From an uncultured Elusimicrobia bacterium (GTDB taxonomy: Bacteria; Elusimicrobiota; Elusimicrobia; UBA1565; UBA9628): a stretch of 64,000 nucleotides of DNA. The notes beneath the pieces are model-generated. The model searched no databases and was not told the DNA's origin. It saw nothing but the letters and a program-made list of their open reading frames with translations. The stretch lies in the NCBI GenBank assembly GCA_964358485.1, contig CAYHPY010000001.1, positions 17,382 through 81,381 on the forward strand, given 5' to 3'. The position numbers and the translations under genes were made by a program. Below are positions 61,558-64,000 of the stretch, one piece after another. The number at the start of each line of letters is the position of its first letter. Within the stretch, counting starts at the first letter, position 1.

Positions 61558-62312
61558 GCGAGGGGGGGCACGGCCTCTTCGAGAAATCCCTGGCCGCCTC
61601 CTTCGCTTTGCACGCCGGTTTTTTCCTGATCGGAGGCAAGCTGCCGATCGGCCCCTTGACCCAGCCGGTCCCGCCGGTGGAAATCGACCTGACCCAGCCT
61701 CCGGGCACCGGGCCCATGAAGCTGGCTGGCCTCAAGCGGATGACGCCCGGCGCCCGCCCCGGGCCGGCGCTCCCCATCCCCGAGCCGCTTCCCATCAAAG
61801 AGGAGAAGCCCCCCGAGATCAAACCCACCGCCCCGCCTCCCAGCGACTGGACCTTGCCCGGGCCCAAGACCCAGGAGACGGCCAATGCCGCCGACCCCGT
61901 CGCCACTCCCGGCGGAAGCATCGACGGCACCGGCACCGCTGTAAAGCCGGGCGGTTCCGGCGAGGGCTCCAACGAGGGCGTCCCGGGGGGAACCGGGACC
62001 GGCGCGGGGGGCGTGGTGGACGTCAATCCCAAGCTCCTCAACCGCGACGAGATCATCGCCAACCGCCGCCGGTTTTATCCCGAGAACGAGCGCCAGGCGG
62101 GGCGCGAGGCCACGGTGGTCGTGGTCCTCCACATCTCGGCCGACGGGGCCGTGACCTCGGTGGACATCGTCGGCACGGGGGGGATGTCTTTCGACCGCGC
62201 CGCGCGGGAGATCGCGCGCTTTATGAAGTTCTCCCCGGCGCGGGTCAAGGGCGGGGCGGTGGCGGTGAAGATTCGGCAGGCGATTCCCTTTAAACTCGAA
62301 GACGAAGAATAA
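61554..62312 (+). CDS. tonB: TonB-family energy transducer.
   Basis: N-terminal TM helix, a Pro-rich spacer, and the C-terminal TonB domain (…ATVVVVLHISADGAVTSVDIV…SPARVKGGAV…). Confidence 0.8.
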   Translation: MSEGGHGLFEKSLAASFALHAGFFLIGGKLPIGPLTQPVPPVEIDLTQPPGTGPMKLAGLKRMTPGARPGPALPIPEPLPIKEEKPPEIKPTAPPPSDWTLPGPKTQETANAADPVATPGGSIDGTGTAVKPGGSGEGSNEGVPGGTGTGAGGVVDVNPKLLNRDEIIANRRRFYPENERQAGREATVVVVLHISADGAVTSVDIVGTGGMSFDRAAREIARFMKFSPARVKGGAVAVKIRQAIPFKLEDEE

Positions 62313-62348
62313 AACGACGGAACAATCGAGGGCGGCCCTGCGGGCCGC

Positions 62349-63515
62349 TTAACGATGAAAAGCCTTCAGAACCAAGTGGATGGACTCGCCGTAGCGCCCC
62401 CGCTTGAGCGGGCTCAGGATGTGAAGGGGGTCTCCTTCCTCCGCGAATGCCACGCGGGCGATCTCCTTGAGTTCCTCGGTGGTGAGGATGACCACGGTCT
62501 CGACGCCCTCCGTGGCGGCCTGCGCCTTGCGCCAACGCCGCAGCTCCTCGAAAATTTTCCATTCCCGCGGGTCATGATGGACGGAGGCGGGGCGCCGTCC
62601 GGAGATGGGGTTTTCCTTTCCGTGGCGGACGGCGTCCAGAAGGGCTTCTCCATAGCGTTGGAGAAGATAGGGCGACATCCCCCGGATGGCGCGCAGGGCG
62701 GCGTGCTCGGCGGGCAAGGTCAGGGCGATCTTGAGCATGAGATCTTCCGGCATGATGCGGAAGGGGGCCTTGTCGCGGGACGCGGCCTCGTTTTCCCGCA
62801 ATAAATAGATCTCGCGCAGGCAGGAAAGCTGATCCGGAGCCAAATCCTTGCCCGAGGTCAGGCGCCAGTAGCCCTCGGGGTCGAAAGTCTTGGACACCGG
62901 CCGGATATTGGCCAGCTTGCCGAAGGCCTCCAAGGCGTCTTCCATGCGTCCCTTGGCCGTGAGGGATTCTTTTTGGATGTCGGAGAGCCTCAATAGGTAA
63001 TGGGTGTCGAGTTGGGCGTAGCGGATGTGGTCCGGGGTGAGCGGCCGCTTTCCCCAATCGGCGCGTTGCAGTTTTTTGGAGAGCTTCACCCCGAAATGCC
63101 GCTCGATGGCGGCCGCCAGCCCCAGTTCCTTGAACCCGAGGACCCGGGTGGCGATCATGGTGTCGAAAAGGTGGGTGAAGGAGAACCCGTAATCGCGCTT
63201 GAGGCACAGGACGTCGTATTCCCCGGCGTGGAAAATCTTCTCGACCGCGGGATCGGCCATCACGGGGCCCAGGGAGGAGAGGTCGGCGAAGGCCACCGGG
63301 TCGATGATGAAATCCTCCTTGGAAGTCGACATCTGAACCAGGCACACCCGCTCGCGGTAGGCGTAAAAGCTGTTGGACTCGATGTCGATGGCCACGCGCT
63401 TCTCGCGGGCCAGCTCGGCCGCGATCTCCTCCAGGTGTTCCCGGGCCGTGACGATGGTGGGAAGAGGAATGTCCTCAAAGCGCGGCGGTTGGGACGGGGG
63501 GATTTCAGTCGGCAT
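62349..63515 (-). CDS. rnd: Ribonuclease D.
   Basis: DEDDy 3'-5' exonuclease motifs: AIDIESNS, HAGEYDVLCL, YAQLDTHYLL. Followed by an HRDC-like domain. Confidence 0.85.
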   Translation of the reverse strand: MPTEIPPSQPPRFEDIPLPTIVTAREHLEEIAAELAREKRVAIDIESNSFYAYRERVCLVQMSTSKEDFIIDPVAFADLSSLGPVMADPAVEKIFHAGEYDVLCLKRDYGFSFTHLFDTMIATRVLGFKELGLAAAIERHFGVKLSKKLQRADWGKRPLTPDHIRYAQLDTHYLLRLSDIQKESLTAKGRMEDALEAFGKLANIRPVSKTFDPEGYWRLTSGKDLAPDQLSCLREIYLLRENEAASRDKAPFRIMPEDLMLKIALTLPAEHAALRAIRGMSPYLLQRYGEALLDAVRHGKENPISGRRPASVHHDPREWKIFEELRRWRKAQAATEGVETVVILTTEELKEIARVAFAEEGDPLHILSPLKRGRYGESIHLVLKAFHR

Positions 63516-64000
63516 AGAGTCGGCTGAGCTCCTGGGAGCGCTGGGTGGCCGTCACGATCGCGTCGATCAAGACGCTCCGAAGCCCCTTGGCTTCGAGCAT
63601 GTGAATGGCGTTGATGGCGGTGCCCCCGGGGGTGGTCACCTCGTCCTTGAGGATGGCGGGATGGCGCCCCGTCTCGATGACCAATTTGGCCGCTCCGAAC
63701 ACCGTCTGGGCCGCGAGTTTGGCCGCGACCGTCCGGGGGATGCCCATCTTGACCCCGCCGTCGATCATGGCCTCGATCACCATGAAGATGTAGACCGGCC
63801 CGGAGCCCGAAAGGCCGGTGACCGCGTCCATGGCCGATTCGGGCAAGGTCACCACCAAGCCGACGGACTTGAACAACGCCTCGGCCAGGGCCAAATCCTT
63901 CTCTCCGGCGTGGCGGCCGGCGGCGATGGCGGTGGCTCCGGCGTCCACCAGGGCCGGGGTGTTGGGCATGGCCCGCACCACGGGGCAGGCGGCGCGGAGC
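63505..64000 (-). CDS. proC: Pyrroline-5-carboxylate reductase. Only the C-terminal part is present; the N-terminus lies beyond the window end.
   Basis: …RAMPNTPALV…VTLPE…DAVTGLSGSGPAY…TPGGTT… resembles the ProC C-terminal region. The ORF runs off the 3' edge of the window. Confidence 0.8.
   Translation of the reverse strand, partial: LRAACPVVRAMPNTPALVDAGATAIAAGRHAGEKDLALAEALFKSVGLVVTLPESAMDAVTGLSGSGPVYIFMVIEAMIDGGVKMGIPRTVAAKLAAQTVFGAAKLVIETGRHPAILKDEVTTPGGTAINAIHMLEAKGLRSVLIDAIVTATQRSQELSRLYAD

Noticed and set aside
1-64000. CRISPR arrays, rRNA and tRNA genes.
   Set aside because: No regularly spaced direct repeats were seen, and nothing resembles conserved rRNA or tRNA sequence. All sizeable intergenic regions are explained by promoters or terminators.

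Overview
High-GC (~68-70%) chromosomal segment from a Gram-negative (diderm) bacterium, densely coding, with strong operon structure and many 4-bp ATGA/GTGA start-stop overlaps. All calls below come from reading the six-frame translations and the DNA by eye; no searches were run.

Left to right, the window contains:
- 1-11.7 kb: an LplT-like MFS transporter (5' partial), dtd, a lipoprotein plus HExxH secreted protein pair, a TPR-POTRA-Omp85 outer-membrane protein with an upstream partner, recG head-to-head with rpmB (consensus sigma70 promoter), and a GT-C-like membrane protein ending at an AT-rich palindromic terminator.
- 11.8-16.3 kb: an ECF sigma / zinc-finger anti-sigma / periplasmic coiled-coil operon, two secreted hypotheticals, and a short Rel/SpoT homolog that stops right after the TGS domain.
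- 16.3-28.5 kb (minus strand): ZIP transporter, lpxB, divergent plsC, an SDR, then the envelope super-operon bamA-skp-lpxD-lpxC-fabZ-lpxA-lpxI-Gfo/Idh/MocA. LpxI replaces LpxH here, and its conserved N-terminus lies upstream of any canonical start codon.
- 28.65-35.8 kb (minus strand): the stand-out feature. A tight seven-gene operon ending in a bidirectional terminator: HAD phosphatase - NTP transferase - ITPK1-like ATP-grasp - class-III aminotransferase - Gfo/Idh/MocA dehydrogenase - CDP-alcohol phosphatidyltransferase - myo-inositol-1-phosphate synthase. The gene set predicts a phospho-inositol or aminated-inositol (inosamine) conjugate, possibly a new membrane lipid head group or solute. 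It sits immediately upstream of bamA and the lipid A genes.
- 35.9-41.1 kb: a near-consensus sigma70 promoter followed by pilMNOPQ (type IV pilus).
- 41.2-57.9 kb: a surface-glycan/glycosylation locus running on from pilQ, with start/stop overlaps between most consecutive genes. It carries two O-antigen-ligase/PglL-like proteins, two YfhO-like GT-C paralogs, a flippase-like protein, methyltransferases, two GT4 enzymes, WecB, a GT39/ArnT-like protein, Wzx and a GT9.
- 57.9-58.85 kb: an AT-rich REPtron-like mobile element. An IS200-like Y1/RAYT transposase is flanked by 25-bp inverted repeats, and the left repeat is duplicated across the GT9 stop codon.
- 58.9-64 kb: two paralogous HEAT-repeat proteins followed by exbB-exbD-tonB, then rnd and proC (3' partial).

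No CRISPR arrays, rRNA or tRNA genes were seen.
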